Shown: positions 36,655 to 59,033 of the stretch, piece after piece | Layout: each line of letters begins with the position of its first letter | Position numbering within the stretch: position 1 is the first letter of the stretch | Origin: Klebsormidium nitens | Taxonomy: Eukaryota; Plantae; Klebsormidiophyceae | Assembly (NCBI GenBank): GCA_000708835.1 | Contig: DF236965.1 | Span: 337,726 to 401,725 of the forward strand | Reading direction: 5' to 3' | Length of the DNA stretch: 64,000 nt | Notes under the pieces: model-generated | Told to the model about the DNA's origin: nothing | Database searches by the model: none | The model's input: the letters and a program-made list of their open reading frames with translations, nothing else | Program-made: the position numbers and the translations under genes

Positions 36655-37670
36655 TCAGAAGATGCTTTTACTGTGGGGGAGAGGGCCATATCAAGGCGAA
36701 CTGCAGAATGAAAGATGCAGAGTGCCACAACTGTGGCGGGAGAGGACACATGAAAGTGGTCTGCAGAAAGCCTAAAAGGTCAGCTGGAGAGCAAGCCTTT
36801 TCTGGATTCTCGAGGACGCTAGCATTCGATGCTTGGGACAACGGAACAGCTAGGCAATCTGGTGCTTGGATAGTGGACTCAGGCAGCACGCAGCATGTTG
36901 CAGCAGATCGAAGTCAGTTCAAGCACTATAGAAAGTTGAGCAAGCCTGAAAGTATTGAAGGAATTGGGGGACAACAGGTGCATGCAGTGGGAGTAGGCTC
37001 AGTAGAAGTGCTGTGCAAGACTTCTCAAGGCAATACACTAGTGACACTGAAGGAAGTGCGTCATGTGCCAGAAGCAAAGGCAAATTTGCTATCTCTGAGC
37101 AAGGCAACCGATGCAGGAGCAGAAGTGGTGATGAAAAAGGGAGTCTGCCAGATTGTGGTGAACAACGTGGTGCAGCTGCGGGCATTGCAAGAGAATGGTC
37201 TGTGGAGAATCGAGTCTGTGGGAGCTGAGCAGAAGTCATTCTTCACAAGGGGACCAATCAAGAGAGAGGAGACAGTGCATACACAGGAGAAGACTGTCAA
37301 GGAGAAGAAGGAGGAAAAGAGGACGGTCAAGATGATCGAGGTTGACCTTGACGAGGAGAGTGAGGAAAATGAGGAGCGGAAGGTGGAAGAGAGCGAGGAG
37401 GAGAAAGAAAAGGAAAAGGAAAGGACCGAGGAAGTGTCCGTGAGTGAGGAGAAGGAGGAGACGAGCGAGAAGTCAACCAAGGGAGCGGAAAGCGTGGAAG
37501 GAAAAACAGAAGAAACGAAGAGAAACGAGAGCGCAAGAGAACGTGTGCAAGAGACGAGAGACGAAGGGGACAGGCGCTACCCAGATCGGCAGAGGAGGAG
37601 TCCAATCAAGTTTGGGGCGATCGGAGATAGCTTTGTTTGGACCACGCCGAAGTCGAAGTACAAAAGGTAG
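36655..37670 (+). CDS. Second copy of the zinc knuckle-protease-acidic tail segment
   Basis: Near-duplicate of 35583-36634 starting right after the gap; CFYCGGEGHIKANC, WIVDSGSTQH; ends RRYPDRQRRSPIKFG...KYKR*. Confidence 0.75.
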
Positions 37671-37735
37671 CATGATGAAAAGAAAGGAAGTAGAGAGATA
37701 AGAAGACAGTGAAGAGTTATTTGCTTGAGAGGAGG

Positions 37736-38055
37736 TGCTAGAATTGGGTTAGCAATTCTGGTCAATCGAATAACCAAGTGGTTGAGGAATCAACGGTCAA
37801 AGATACGAGTGATGAATGGCTGAGATTTAGGCGGGAAACGGTGTTGATCAGGAAAGCTAAACGGTCCAGATTGAGTCTGCAGATAGAGTGTAAGACTCTA
37901 TAAAGACTGAGCAGATCGAACATGATTGTAATCAACACAACAGAGAAGCATGATAGAGAAGCAAGGCGCCTGTGAAAGGCGCTCGTGCTATTGTCTCGTG
38001 TGCAACATGTGACTGTCCATGAAGTGCAACGATGCAATGCGCCGATATTCCAACA
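37736..38055 (+). repeat. 3' LTR
   Basis: TGCTAGAATT...ATTCCAACA, preceded by the PPT and followed by TSD AGGAT. Confidence 0.95.
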
Positions 38056-38605
38056 AGGATCACGTGCATATAGACCGCGCCTGCGGCACGCCGGATTGGC
38101 GCCCACGCGTATTTAGTCGCAAAAGCCGCGGGGTTTATCTCTCAAGGGCGGCCGCGTGTTAAGTAAGTGCACCTGCACCGAGACAAATCTACCGCTGATC
38201 GAGTCGTGCTGCAAAGAACTCGCAAGGATAACCGTCTCGAAGGCAGGACTCCGATGGGCATCTGTATTATGGAGCAGCGCTAAATTCGCTCACGTGCAAG
38301 CGGGCGGCAAATCCTTAATCATAGCCAGAATCAATCAAGCAAGCAGGAGTCTACGAGGAAAAGTTACGTTAATTCTGTAGCTATTTCTGTAGGCACCCTG
38401 AAGACCTCCGTTATCAAAGCTGGTTGGCGTTACACATACAGGTCAGGCACCCTTCACGGCTGTCCCCCTACGCACCAGACAAGGAAGTCTGACTTCGCAC
38501 TACAGTGCTTACTTAAAGCTTCTTAAACTGCATGCGATGCGTGTCGCTTTGTTGGCGTTCTGGGGTCTGATGAAACCAATGAAGCACCTGATCTGCGTAT
38601 GCCAC

Positions 38606-41313
38606 TCATTGCACCGGCTTGCAAACTTTCTTGTGCCGTAGTCGCCAGTCAGCAGCTTGACACGGTTGGCCACAGTAGCTGACTTCCTTGCATCGGCCGC
38701 ACCTCTTGAACTCCCCTTTCACCTCTTCCACAGCCGTGCACCGTGCAGGTACGCAGAACACGTTTGTAACACTACCGCGGATTTGAAACGCCAGTGGTCG
38801 CAATAGCCGAGCTGAATGGATCGGAGGTTTCACCACAATGTAACGGCAAGTAAGTCAGCAAAATATCGATTTTCGTCTCAATGTCAGTAAGCGCCAATCC
38901 AGAGAGAGAATTGTGGCAAAAGTTTGATGCTGGAAGAAACGAGTGCCCGCACTCTTTCATGTGACCAAAAGGAAGGACTACGACGTCAAGCGGGGAAAGC
39001 GTACAAGCGCATCAAGTATCCAACGCTTGGAGTTGCGGAATCGTATCGATCAAATCTTGGTGAGGTCTGCATATGGGACCCTTCTGTTTCAAAGATCAGT
39101 GCAAAAGGCGTTTTCAACGATGACAAACATCTTTCGCATTCCTTGGTATCTTTGACGAGCCTGTAGACAAGCATTGAAACTTTCGCAACATATATTCTGC
39201 CCCAAAATGGGCAACTCACCGGATTAGCACACTCTGTGAGGCCCGCCTCGCTTGCCGCCCTTTCCCACAACGCTTCTGCCATTTTTGGGACGGGCCAGAA
39301 GCCGATCGGCAGCGGCAATTGCTCTTCCGCCAGCTGTAGCAGCACTTCTCGCTTCCCCAGCACTTTCTTCAGGAGAGGGATCCCCCCCGTCGCCAGAAAG
39401 GCGCGCCACCGTTCGTTTGCTTTGTCATCCGGCGCGTCCGACATCAGCAGGTTCCAGCATGCTTTGATTTGCAGAGAAATGCAGTCGAGGTGGTCTCGGA
39501 GCCGGAAGTCCTCCGGCTTTGACAAGACCGCAGGCGTCGGTTTGAACAGAGCGTCGTCGGCTGCCTGGACCAGCGCCTTGACAGCAGGCTCGTTCGATTC
39601 GAACCGTTCCCGCCCCACCTCGTGCTTCGAAACCCTCTCGAAGACCGCCACAATCAGCTCCTTGAGCTGAGTTGCGTCATAGTGACGTTTGACCTGCGAT
39701 TGAGCGACCGCCCACTCCAGGACTCCCTTCTCGATCGCTGCCAACTCCACGACTTCAACCTGCTCGTCACTCTTCAGAAATGGCGGCGGAACGTGCTCCT
39801 TGCTTGGCAGAATCCTGAGCATCTCGGTCAAGTAGCCAATGGCCGCGAACCAGAGGCAGACGTTTCCCCCCACGGACATCCACGAAGTGGTCTCCTTCAG
39901 CAGATCGAAGAGTGCAAACCCGTACTCCAGGTAGCCGGCTTCGACGACAGCAAACTGCTTGACGGCCCACGTGACGTTGAAGACTTCCTCCAAGAGACCG
40001 GTCGCGACGACGTGCGCTTGCATGCACAGGACCGTGACTCGGGGGCGCAACCAGTCCATAAGCCGAGACCCCGCAGCGATGTGAAAGCTCTCTCGCTCCG
40101 CGTCTCCGACGCCGCGCAACCCGCGGCATAAGATTCCGGACAGCGTCCTCGTTTCCAGACTCAAGGTCCCTCACAACACAGGTCCAATCAAGGGTCTCCT
40201 CCAGCCGCGTGCCTCTGCCCCTGGTCCCTAAGAACTCGCCATCCGTGCCAATGACGTCCGCAGGGTGCCTCGTGTCAATCAGCCCCTGCGTGACGTCATC
40301 CCCCGTCATCTCGTGCCACTCCGCGAGCAGAGCAGCGTGAACGTCTTCCTCTGGGCGCGCGTCGAAGGGGCTCTTCGGAGGAGCCTCACAGAGCGCTTGC
40401 AACTTGCTCGTGCTCTCCAGGAACTTCTCCGCGTACTTTCTTGTCTCCGAGGGGCCTCTGACGTCAGCCACCATCTCCTGCGCCACCGCGCGCGCGGGCG
40501 CGAGCTGCTTGAGCAGGCTGGGCAACACGACGGTCAGCACCGACATGCGTTCCAAGAATGACACCAGCGGGAAGAAACCGAACAGAGCCAAGTCGTCGAA
40601 CGACGCTCTCGCCTGCTCGTCCGTGCTTTCCATCGCTGCCGCTGCCGCCCAGAGAATCATGCCCTGAAACCAGCCTATGACGTCACCGCCGCAACCTGGC
40701 TCCACTCCTTCGCGATGCTGCCGCTGATTATGATAACGACCGTCTTCAGAGTCCACGTGACCTCCTTCGCTCCCTGCAGGTCCAGTACCGGCATCCCTCT
40801 CTTCCACGGCAGGTGGGATCGGAGTGGCGCCAGCATGCCGCTCGCTGCGAGCGCAAAGCCGTTTTCCGCGTCTGCCTGCAGGTACTCCGCGAGAGCGTCG
40901 AGGGCCATCGCCAGAATGTAACGCTCGAGGTTATCCAGCCCCGTGAAGCGCTCGGCATCCAGCCAGCCAGAGACGTGTAGCAGAAGCGGCTGTATTCGGC
41001 GCAGCACTTCCGCCTCCTTCAGCAGCTTGGAAAACTCCTTGACTTTCAGCAGGGCCCGTAAGATGCACACGTTCATTCTGAGGAGCCGCTTCTCGTGCTT
41101 CTCCCCGGTCAGAGGCGGCCCGAGCGCTTTGTCGAAGAAGAGGTCAAGCGCTTCACGATCGCGCAGGAACGCCCTGATGCGCTTGTACAACTTGGACGGC
41201 CCGCCACTGGCGCAATTCGAGCGAACGGTTGCACCCTCGCAGACGTCTTCCGTGACAACGAAGACGAGCTCGCAGAAGGCTTCCGTGACAACGAAGATCT
41301 GCTCGTTCCTCAA
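38606..41313 (-). CDS. Helical-domain protein with C-terminal MYND zinc finger (gene 1); exon joins partly unresolved, could be disrupted
   Basis: ECANP|GTGAG donor at 39220; last exon C..VEEVKGEFKRCGRCKEVSYCGQPCQAADWRLRHKKVC*. Coding-looking frames 41313-40675, ~40660-40170 and ~40164-39220 need short introns or frameshifts to join. Start codon not located. Confidence 0.65.
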
Positions 41314-43813
41314 AGTGTCTACGTAGAGACAAATGAGTCGGCGAGCGGCTCCCTGGAATAAAGAGACGAGATCGGACTGAGATACATCCTCCTTCTCAGC
41401 ATAAATCCATGCACTTGATCAAGTTTGAATGTGAGCTAAGCAAGGTGGAGATCGATCTTCGGGAAAAATTTGGTAAAATTTCAATCGTAAGGAGGGAAAT
41501 GTTTCTCCAAAGTAAAATTGCAAAATGTACCCTTCTTACAAAAAACCTTTTTGTGGTGCGGAGGCTGCTGACCTTGTAACCAGAGTGGGACCTCACACTC
41601 GCAATATTCCAATTTGTATTCCACTATTCCGTTTAATCAAACTGCTCAAGTCCGGGAAGGATATGGTAGATTGACTTTCTTTTCTCTCACTGATGAGCAG
41701 AGAGAAGAAAATGCTCCGCTCAGAAACACCTTGCTGAGTGCACAGTGCCTGTTCAAAAAATCGTCACGAATAGTCACATGCACAATTGCCTGAGCCTATT
41801 TCTTTCCCTTTCTTGTTAATCACCATAGCCAGAAAGTGGATCTATCTTGCTAAGCCGTGGTTCTCAGCAGATTTCTTACACTCAGCCCCTTCTCAATCAA
41901 TCTAACGTTGCTACTTTTGCTCATCAACGCCCTGCCAATTCTGAGCGCTCAAACTCCTTGACACATAACGCGGCGCCTCGGCTCTCAAGTCTCTGCGTAG
42001 CCAAACGGATCAAAAGTGGCTTTTGGCAAACCCCTCTGCTTTCAAGCTGAAGTCTCCTGAGCGCGCTGCGTTCATGGAAGATGAGAAAGGAAAGCATGCA
42101 GGAAAATTTCACTAGGTTCGAGATAATTGCACGGATTTGAAGGCGCGGATCCTAATGAGAGACGCAGCTTTGTTGCCTTGCATTCCAGAACAGGGTCAGT
42201 GTCTCACCTTGGCGGCAAAGTCGAATGTAGCCATATTGACCAGGCAACCACTTCCAAACAGACGCCCAAAGCTCCTCAACCTCAGGTTTTGCTCTTCAAG
42301 CCCCCTCTCCGTGATCCAACCGAAGATTTGAAATCACACCATCTAATGCTGGTTTCAGACTGAACACTTGCGCGCAGGAATATCACATCACGGGTCTGGT
42401 GTCGATCCTCAACAGCTAAATCTCAAGCAGTGCCCGGACACGTGTGCCAATCAGATCCGGCCCTCGAAACATCTCGTATCAGAAGGCTTGCGCATGTTTT
42501 GCAGATTCGCAAGCCAACATCGGCTTCAACTAGTGCTTCTACCAAGCTATCTGCCAGTGCAGAGATTTCACTACCTTTGGTAGCCTGCGCAGTACGATGC
42601 TGACATTCAGGTTGTGAAAGCTCGTCAGCCGACGAGCAAGATTCTGCCTTAAAGCATACAAATAAGGTGGCGCCGACTGTGTTCTCTGCTAGCCTAGCTC
42701 AGACTAAGGAGTGGAGCAGTGTTTGAGAATTCGTCATCGAGCTTCTGATGGATCCAAATTGGTGGACGCTTCTCTTCATTAGCGGCCACATTAATCGAAC
42801 GCGCAAATATGACTCAGAGCGAGTACTCCGAGTCAAATGAAGGCCTAAGAAAAGTAGTCCGCCTTTCAGTCGTCTCAGTCTAGGCCTTTGGCCACTAAGA
42901 TGCTACTTACAATTAATCTGAGTGTGCATATTTGAGCGCACGGCATGGAATTAGGAACGACAAGGCCAGGTCGGCTTCCGATGTTCAGGCTTCATATATG
43001 CACATCCGCTGCATCTCATGAGAGTCCAACGCTTGTATAAAATTCATGCGTTCAATTGGCAGATGCCATGATGCCGGCCTAGAGCTGATAGACTGCAGAT
43101 ATAGGTACTCATGGGACGAACTGAGTTGATGACAGTAAGTCAATATAGCCCGGTAGCTGCATATCTTCATCTGGAGCTGCAGCTCATGCGCAGTGCATTC
43201 AATGCATGTATACGATTTTAAATTGCCTCATGAAACGAAGAAGCATCATCCTAAGATGCAGGACGCATGTCTTCGCTCAAATATACGCATGCATGTAACC
43301 ATCCAGGCTGAACCTGATCCAGAAACTCGCGCATGCACCTTGACTTAGCACTGCAGACACTTCGACGTAAAGCAAAGATTATACCGTACCATAATGTCCA
43401 TGCCCATAGGCGACTCTTCAACGTCATCGAAGTATAAGGGTCCGTGTCCGACCCGTGTTCAAATATACCGACCCGTCTCTTCAATGTTATAGAAGGAGGG
43501 TCAGGGACCCAGGTTCAATCCACAGGTGCACCAACCTATACCAGTCCGGTCAATCCCTGCGTGAATCGTCAGAACTGGATCTAATGTATGTTCCGTGTGC
43601 AGAATACACAGCAATCACTTTTGACATACAACTACCTTTCATGCCCTATACCTAAGGTACAAAGAAAGGAATAACATCGCAACGGCAAAGTGCAGTAGCT
43701 ACCTCGGACTAGGTATATGCACACTCCCAACACATACTTTGCAACGAACAATCTGTACACTAAACTACGACAATACGAAAAAGAACTCTACGCATGACCA
43801 GGCGCTGCCAAAC

Positions 43814-46800
43814 TCAGACTGCGGAAACCCTTGCTTTCTTCGCCGCTGCCTTGACACCTTGGCACTCGGGCTTGTGCGCCTTCCAATGAGCTTTCTACAC
43901 AAAAGAGAGGAAGCTCTTGCTTAGACGACAGGATGCTAGCAAAAAGAGCGCTTTTCGTCCACAGAAATATCCACGCACATAAGGCGGTTTCTCCGTCAGA
44001 GAATCAAGAAAGCAGACTGGCATCAGATCTGTTCCGCTTCGAAGCCGTAGTGTTATTCGTTCTCAAATGGACCAACGGCTTTCGGACTGCTTATCTCAGA
44101 GGAAATCTCAGACGGCAGCTCGCTTCTTGTCAGAACAAAAGCGCGATCCCCCGCTGCACTGCGTGTATTCTCACTGGTTCATCGCGCAACGACGTACAGA
44201 ACTCTGGCCACCTTGACAAAAAACATGCAAGACCGGTCCGCAAATGCCCTCTCCTATCTCCAGCTAGACCTTCGAGCGGAATGACTGTTGAAACTAACTG
44301 AACTTGGAGAGACGAGGACACCTCCAGCAGATGTCTGTTCATTCTTCAATCTTTGAGATACTTCTGACCCTCTGAAATTCTGGACGTTTCTCCTATACGC
44401 AGTCTCGCCTTGAATCGCACATGAAGCAACGCCTAGCGGTCGGCTTCGCAATCCGCAGACGGAATTGTGTCCCCAAAGCGGGTCTTAAATCACGAAAGTC
44501 CAGCCCAGCCTCGTAGCGAAGAAGCAAAGTAGCAAAGAAGAAACGATCCGGGTCGGGAGTCTGATCTAATCGGGGCACCTCACTTCCATTATGGTGACGT
44601 CACTGTGGGAGGGCGACAAGGGGAAAGGCTTGCCTGGCAGTCCTCGTCGCAATACTGAACGGTCTTGCACGCGCTGCACTTCTCGAGCCTGCCGCGCTTC
44701 ATCTCGGCGACCTCCTGGTAGCAATCCTGTCGCCAAGGTCGCCGTGAACGAGCGTCAGTACTGATGGTGGAACTTGACAGGTGTCACAAGCAGGAGGCAA
44801 ACGGCAGGTTTACCCGTGCCTCCAAACCTGCGTGACACTGTCGGGAATCCATCCATCGCGCACTACCAGTCAGATCGCTACCACCAAGGACTGATGTAGC
44901 AGCACGCAGCCTTGTGAATGCACGTTTATGGCTCCAAACCAACAGAGCTGGTGCCGTCTTTTTGATCACACCTAACCCAAGAAAAACCCTTTGCCAAAGC
45001 TGTCGACAAGAACAGATCCTATAATTCTAAAACCGTTTTGGCCCAAATTTCGCGCAAAAGAAGCACCAGCAAGTAGTCTGCTGATTCCGGAGATGCTGAA
45101 CCTTACTCCTCAGACGTGAGCCAGTCCCGCGGACCCAGGCAACCGCCGCTCTACTCAATCTTCAATGTCCAGCCCAGCAACTCCCGCAGTGAAGACTGAC
45201 CTGCTGCAAAGAGGCATTCTGACTGAAAAAGGATTCAAACCTGCTTTCTGCCTCGAGCTCACTCTCTGACTTGAAAGAGTCGAACCTGCTTCTGACCGAG
45301 ACAGCCCTCACCGGATAGCTGCACTCCTTGAGCCCAAACTCCGCTGCAAACAAGGCCCACAGCCCCCGTGACAGCCGCGGCAGTTCCGGGACCCAGTCCA
45401 ACGACCCGACCCACCCCCCCTCCCGTTCGCAAAACTCCGCAAAGCGCTGCGAGGCCTTCTCGGCCCGCCTCACTTTCACGACGAACTGAGCGTCCTTGCA
45501 TTCGTACAGTTTCCGGACGACGGACCTGCGCTTCTCGGCGTCCGAGCCGGCGCTCTCGGCCACTGAGGCGAGGACACGTGTCAGCTGCTCGGCCGCCTGG
45601 CGGGTGTCCGCATAGGCCTTCCGCTTTTTGGAGTTCATTGCGCGGAATGCGGCGGAGACTTGCGTAGTGGTGTCGTCGGGGCGCATCTTCCCAGCGCGGA
45701 AGTCGGTGCAGTGATCGTACCTGTCAGATGTGGCGCCTGTTATGCAAAGGGAATGACCGTGTTTCTCAAATCCTGTCAGCATGAACGAGAGCCGCTGTTC
45801 GTCGACCCTCGTACACTCAAACATATGACCCTAGGTTCGAAGTTCGTATACATCTACTTTCTAGCACGAGACAAATAGACCCCGTTGGTACACAAGAAAA
45901 CTCGCAGTATCACGGATGCCAGTCAGCAGACTCCAGATGGAGACCTGCTTGAGGCCAGACCATAGCAACAAGAAAATTCACAAAAAGCAGATCGTACCTG
46001 TCCTCGAAGGGCGCAGAAAATAGTTTGTACTCTCTGCTGAGGAGCGCCAGCAGTGCTTCCGCTTCGGTCAGCAGCGCACCGCCCGCAATCTCCGGGTCTC
46101 TCGAAAGGAGGGCGAGCGCCTCAAGCGCCTCCGCGAGCAACTCAGCATGTCCTTTCGCTTCCCCCTGGTTCTGATCGACCACTCCATCTCGCCAAAGAGG
46201 TTAACGCCCCCGCTCCCTTTCAGCGCATCCACCGCCTCGTTCACCAACCGCGAGCGCTGGACCGCGGTGGGGAACGAGATGCTGCCACGTGTCTCTGACA
46301 CGTCACCATCCGTGGGCTCCTGGACGGCGGTGAAGATCCAGGGGGGTGTGTCGAGCTGCCGGGGACTTTCCCAGGGGAGACTGCCAACGACGATCGGCGC
46401 CGATTCCCAGAGGAACCCTTTAGAAAGGGGTTGCTGCGGAGTGCTCGGAGAGCTGGGACCGAGGCTCCGCTTCTCGTGCAGTTTCAGGATCTCGAGACAG
46501 GACACCCAGGCGAGCTTGAGCGGCCAGTACTCGTCCTCCAGCGAACGCTCACCCATCAGGCGCGGGAGAAACTTCAAGAACGCCTTCTCGTTGCTTCCGA
46601 GGGGTTTCTCCCCGTACTTGAAACAAAAGCGGAGGAGCTTCAGGATCTGGCCCAAGTCGCACGGGCTCATCGACATCGCCTGTCCCGGCGCCCGCGCCAG
46701 AAAGCGCTCCCCCAAACTCTGTAGCGCCTCGTCGCTCACTCTGGAGATGCAATGGGCGCAGTCAAAGAACGTGAGAAGCAGGCTGAAGCTCTCGTCCCGC

Positions 46801-47126
46801 GGGCAAACCTCCTCCCCCCTCTCGTCGTAAAACTCGTCCCACCCGTCGTTGGCCTCGAGGAATGACATCAGCGCGGCCGGAAGGCCCGCGTCGAGCAGCG
46901 TCTCTTTTGTGCGGTCCATCCAATTCAGGCGCCGGAGGTCGACGAACGCGGTCCGCCTCTCCCGGCTACTGCCGCATTGCAGCTTTCGGACGAGCTCTTG
47001 CTGGAAGGCTGAGGTGTTGCGATTGGCAGCGTAGAACGGAAAGTACTTATCAGCTCCGGAGCGTTTCGCTCTCTCGCGGCCTTCAGCCATGAGCCCAGCG
47101 AGGTAGGCTCGTTCAATGGGATCCAT
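43814..47126 (-). CDS. Helical-domain protein with C-terminal MYND zinc finger (gene 2)
   Basis: Exons 47126-45998 (one unresolved frame switch near 46200-46170), 45720-45201, 44837-44814, 44726-44634, 43894-43814; C-terminus reads CHAGLEAR|DCYQEVAEMKRGRLEKCSACKTVQYCDEDCQ|KAHWKAHKPEC. Confidence 0.75.
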
Positions 47127-49116
47127 CCTAGGGCTTGTTGGTGCGGCCAGTGACCCACCGACCCCGACTTCTTTCCTGGAAAATGACTTGAGTGCTGAGT
47201 TTTCGAGTTTTGAGGCATTTTGTGAATCAATCACGCACTGCGGACTCAGATACCGACGTTGGCTGGTGGGGTCAAGAATGGAGGTCAGCCAGAGTTTTCC
47301 AGCAGGGCGGGCAACTGACATATGTATCACCAAAGAAAGATACTTGCATTGCAAAAGCGGTGGGAGTTTGTGGCCCAGATGGCTTTGAAAAATGTGCCAC
47401 AGGCTCAACACTTATGCATTACAGTGCGATGTGGGCGTGGGGCTGAAAACAGGACTCCAATGTTTGACTCACGGATGATTTCCAGACAGATGCAATGCAG
47501 CCAGCAGGCTTTTTGTTTGCCCCCCATCTTATTCTGCACATCACTTAACTTCCAACTTCTTTATTCTGCTCATACACCAGTCTCTAGATCTGGTGAGTAG
47601 GGTGAGATTTCAAGATACAATCTGGCATTGGATCACTGGAGGTCGTTGCACTTGTGCTCATCAAAGAACTAGAGTGAGATTAGACTTAAATACTTTTTGG
47701 CCTTAGCAATGCAAAAGCTTTTGAATGGCTGCTCTTGAGTGAAACGTTGTATTCGCATTATGCATGCTCCTTTCGTCCTTAAGGTTCCCGACAAAGAAAC
47801 AATTAGTCCAGATCAAGCCGGGTTCATCAAAGACAGAGCCGATTTCCAGAATGTGTCCGCTAAGATTTGAGCCAGCACACTGGTTAGCTGGTTGGCTGAA
47901 GCATGAGACCATAATCGGTCCAACACTGCATTCCCTTCAAAGCAGAGTCATTCAACAAAACAGGGCGATAGCCAATGCAATCAGCATCTTAATTGCGGAA
48001 TGCGCGTCTGCAAGCAGAAAAGAGGATTCTATTCTTCTCACTTTGTATCTCGTACGTCAGCGGGCGTGAAATCCTCATAAAGAGGCCGAATGCTCCATTG
48101 TTGGGACTACAAACCTCAGCCGCCAAGGGGCTTGGTGAAGAGAGTTCTTTTGATTACCTGCACCTGTAAGGCGCATTCCGGATACACTCAGCTTCAACTG
48201 GCGCCACCACCTAATTCACCTCTCCCAGATTCCCGTTCAATATTGCCTGCCCTGGTGGTTTAACTTTAAGGGTAGAAGGGGTGGGACCTCTAGCTGGAGT
48301 TCAGATCTGGAAAGCTGGATTTCAAGCTGATGCCAATGGGTACTGGGTATTGGGTGGCGACCCATCCCGTTTCTTGAGCCGTACGCAAGCATCTGGCAAG
48401 CACCGCCTCTTTCTAAACGAAATAGTACGGCTACTTTAACCCGAGTTGTCGGTTTGAAGACCTGCCTTCTGCAAATGCCGTCTGGTGCCGTCCTTCAGTT
48501 TCCGTCGTGGCCATGGGCACGCATCTTGCTCTGCAGAGGGAGTGCTCATTCGACGGCGAGCACCCCAAGGCGTGAGTCCTCGCTAGCTGTAATATGAGAA
48601 TGTTGTCGCACATGCGCTCGACTGTCTTTATTGAGCAGGTACATGGGAAGATCCACCACGACACCCCTTATTCTTCCGATCGCGTGATTCTGAAATTAGC
48701 ACAGCCTATCTGAACCATTGTGGGTATGCATTTCAGTGTTCGAAGGCACATGGTCTTAACCAATGGGAATCCAGAACACGCTTCAAAGATGCATAAACTC
48801 ATTGATATGGTCACAGATGGAATTCTCGGAAGACTGCCGTCCAACCAAAAATGGAATGAAACGAGACTTGTGGAGGCATTGTAGAAGAAGCTCCAAGCTC
48901 TTGAGACTTGATACATATGCATCCCAAATGAGATTCAAAGCTAGAGCAAGGAAGGTCTGTGCATGGACGCACACATGGGCATCAAGCACGGAGAGGCTGG
49001 CACTCTTTGGCTTCCATGCCATGAACATCCGCTCCAAAGCTACGCTATCCTTTTGGACCTCCCAATCTGATTCATTGTATTCAAAAAAGCCTCTTCGGGT
49101 TTCTTTTGACGTCTCT

Positions 49117-58474
<9,358 letters not shown>

Positions 58475-59010
58475 TGCAGAGATATTAGGAGCTGCAATGT
58501 GAAGCAAGACGGTTGATACTTTATTTTCGTCTGATTATGCTCGTGATGTGAAAGACGCAAGAGGTGTCATCAAGTAACGTAGATACATCCTGTGGTTGTC
58601 ACTGCCACACGTTACAGTTGCATGCAAAAAAAAGGCCGCACGATCGAATCAGCGCAGGCCAGTTAGTGCATTCAGAAGCATCAACGCATGCACAACAGAT
58701 ATCCAAGGAAATTGTATGATGTATGAAAGGTCTCCACCTGTGAGGTGTTGTATCCTTTCAGGCTGCAAGGAATTGTTTTGAAAGAGGTTGCATTATGGAT
58801 TCAGGTCACAAACTTCAGTGTCTCACAATCCAGATGATCCCTTACATGCAACAAGCTGATTGAAGCAAGAGAGTACAAGAGAGGCTTACATTTCAGCGGG
58901 GCTTGATGCGAAGGTGACAGGCGCTACACTCTCTCTCCTCCTCCTCCAGAATTGGCGGACAAAGTGAATACAAAGAAGTTCTCTTGTTGCTTGCTTTGAA
59001 ATTAGCAAGC

Positions 59011-59033
59011 ACAACACACACACACACATACAC
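59011..59033. repeat. Short (CA)n microsatellite near the presumed 3' boundary of the DIRS element
   Basis: ACAACACACACACACACATACAC. Confidence 0.7.

Larger units (their letters stand above)
34468..38055 (+). mobile_element. Non-autonomous Ty1/Copia-type LTR retrotransposon (gag, zinc knuckles, protease; no integrase, RT or RNase H)
   Basis: 320-bp LTRs (TG...CA), 5-bp TSD AGGAT (34463-34467, 38056-38060), PBS GGTTATGGGCCC at 34788, PPT GAGAGGAGG at 37727-37735. Confidence 0.95.
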
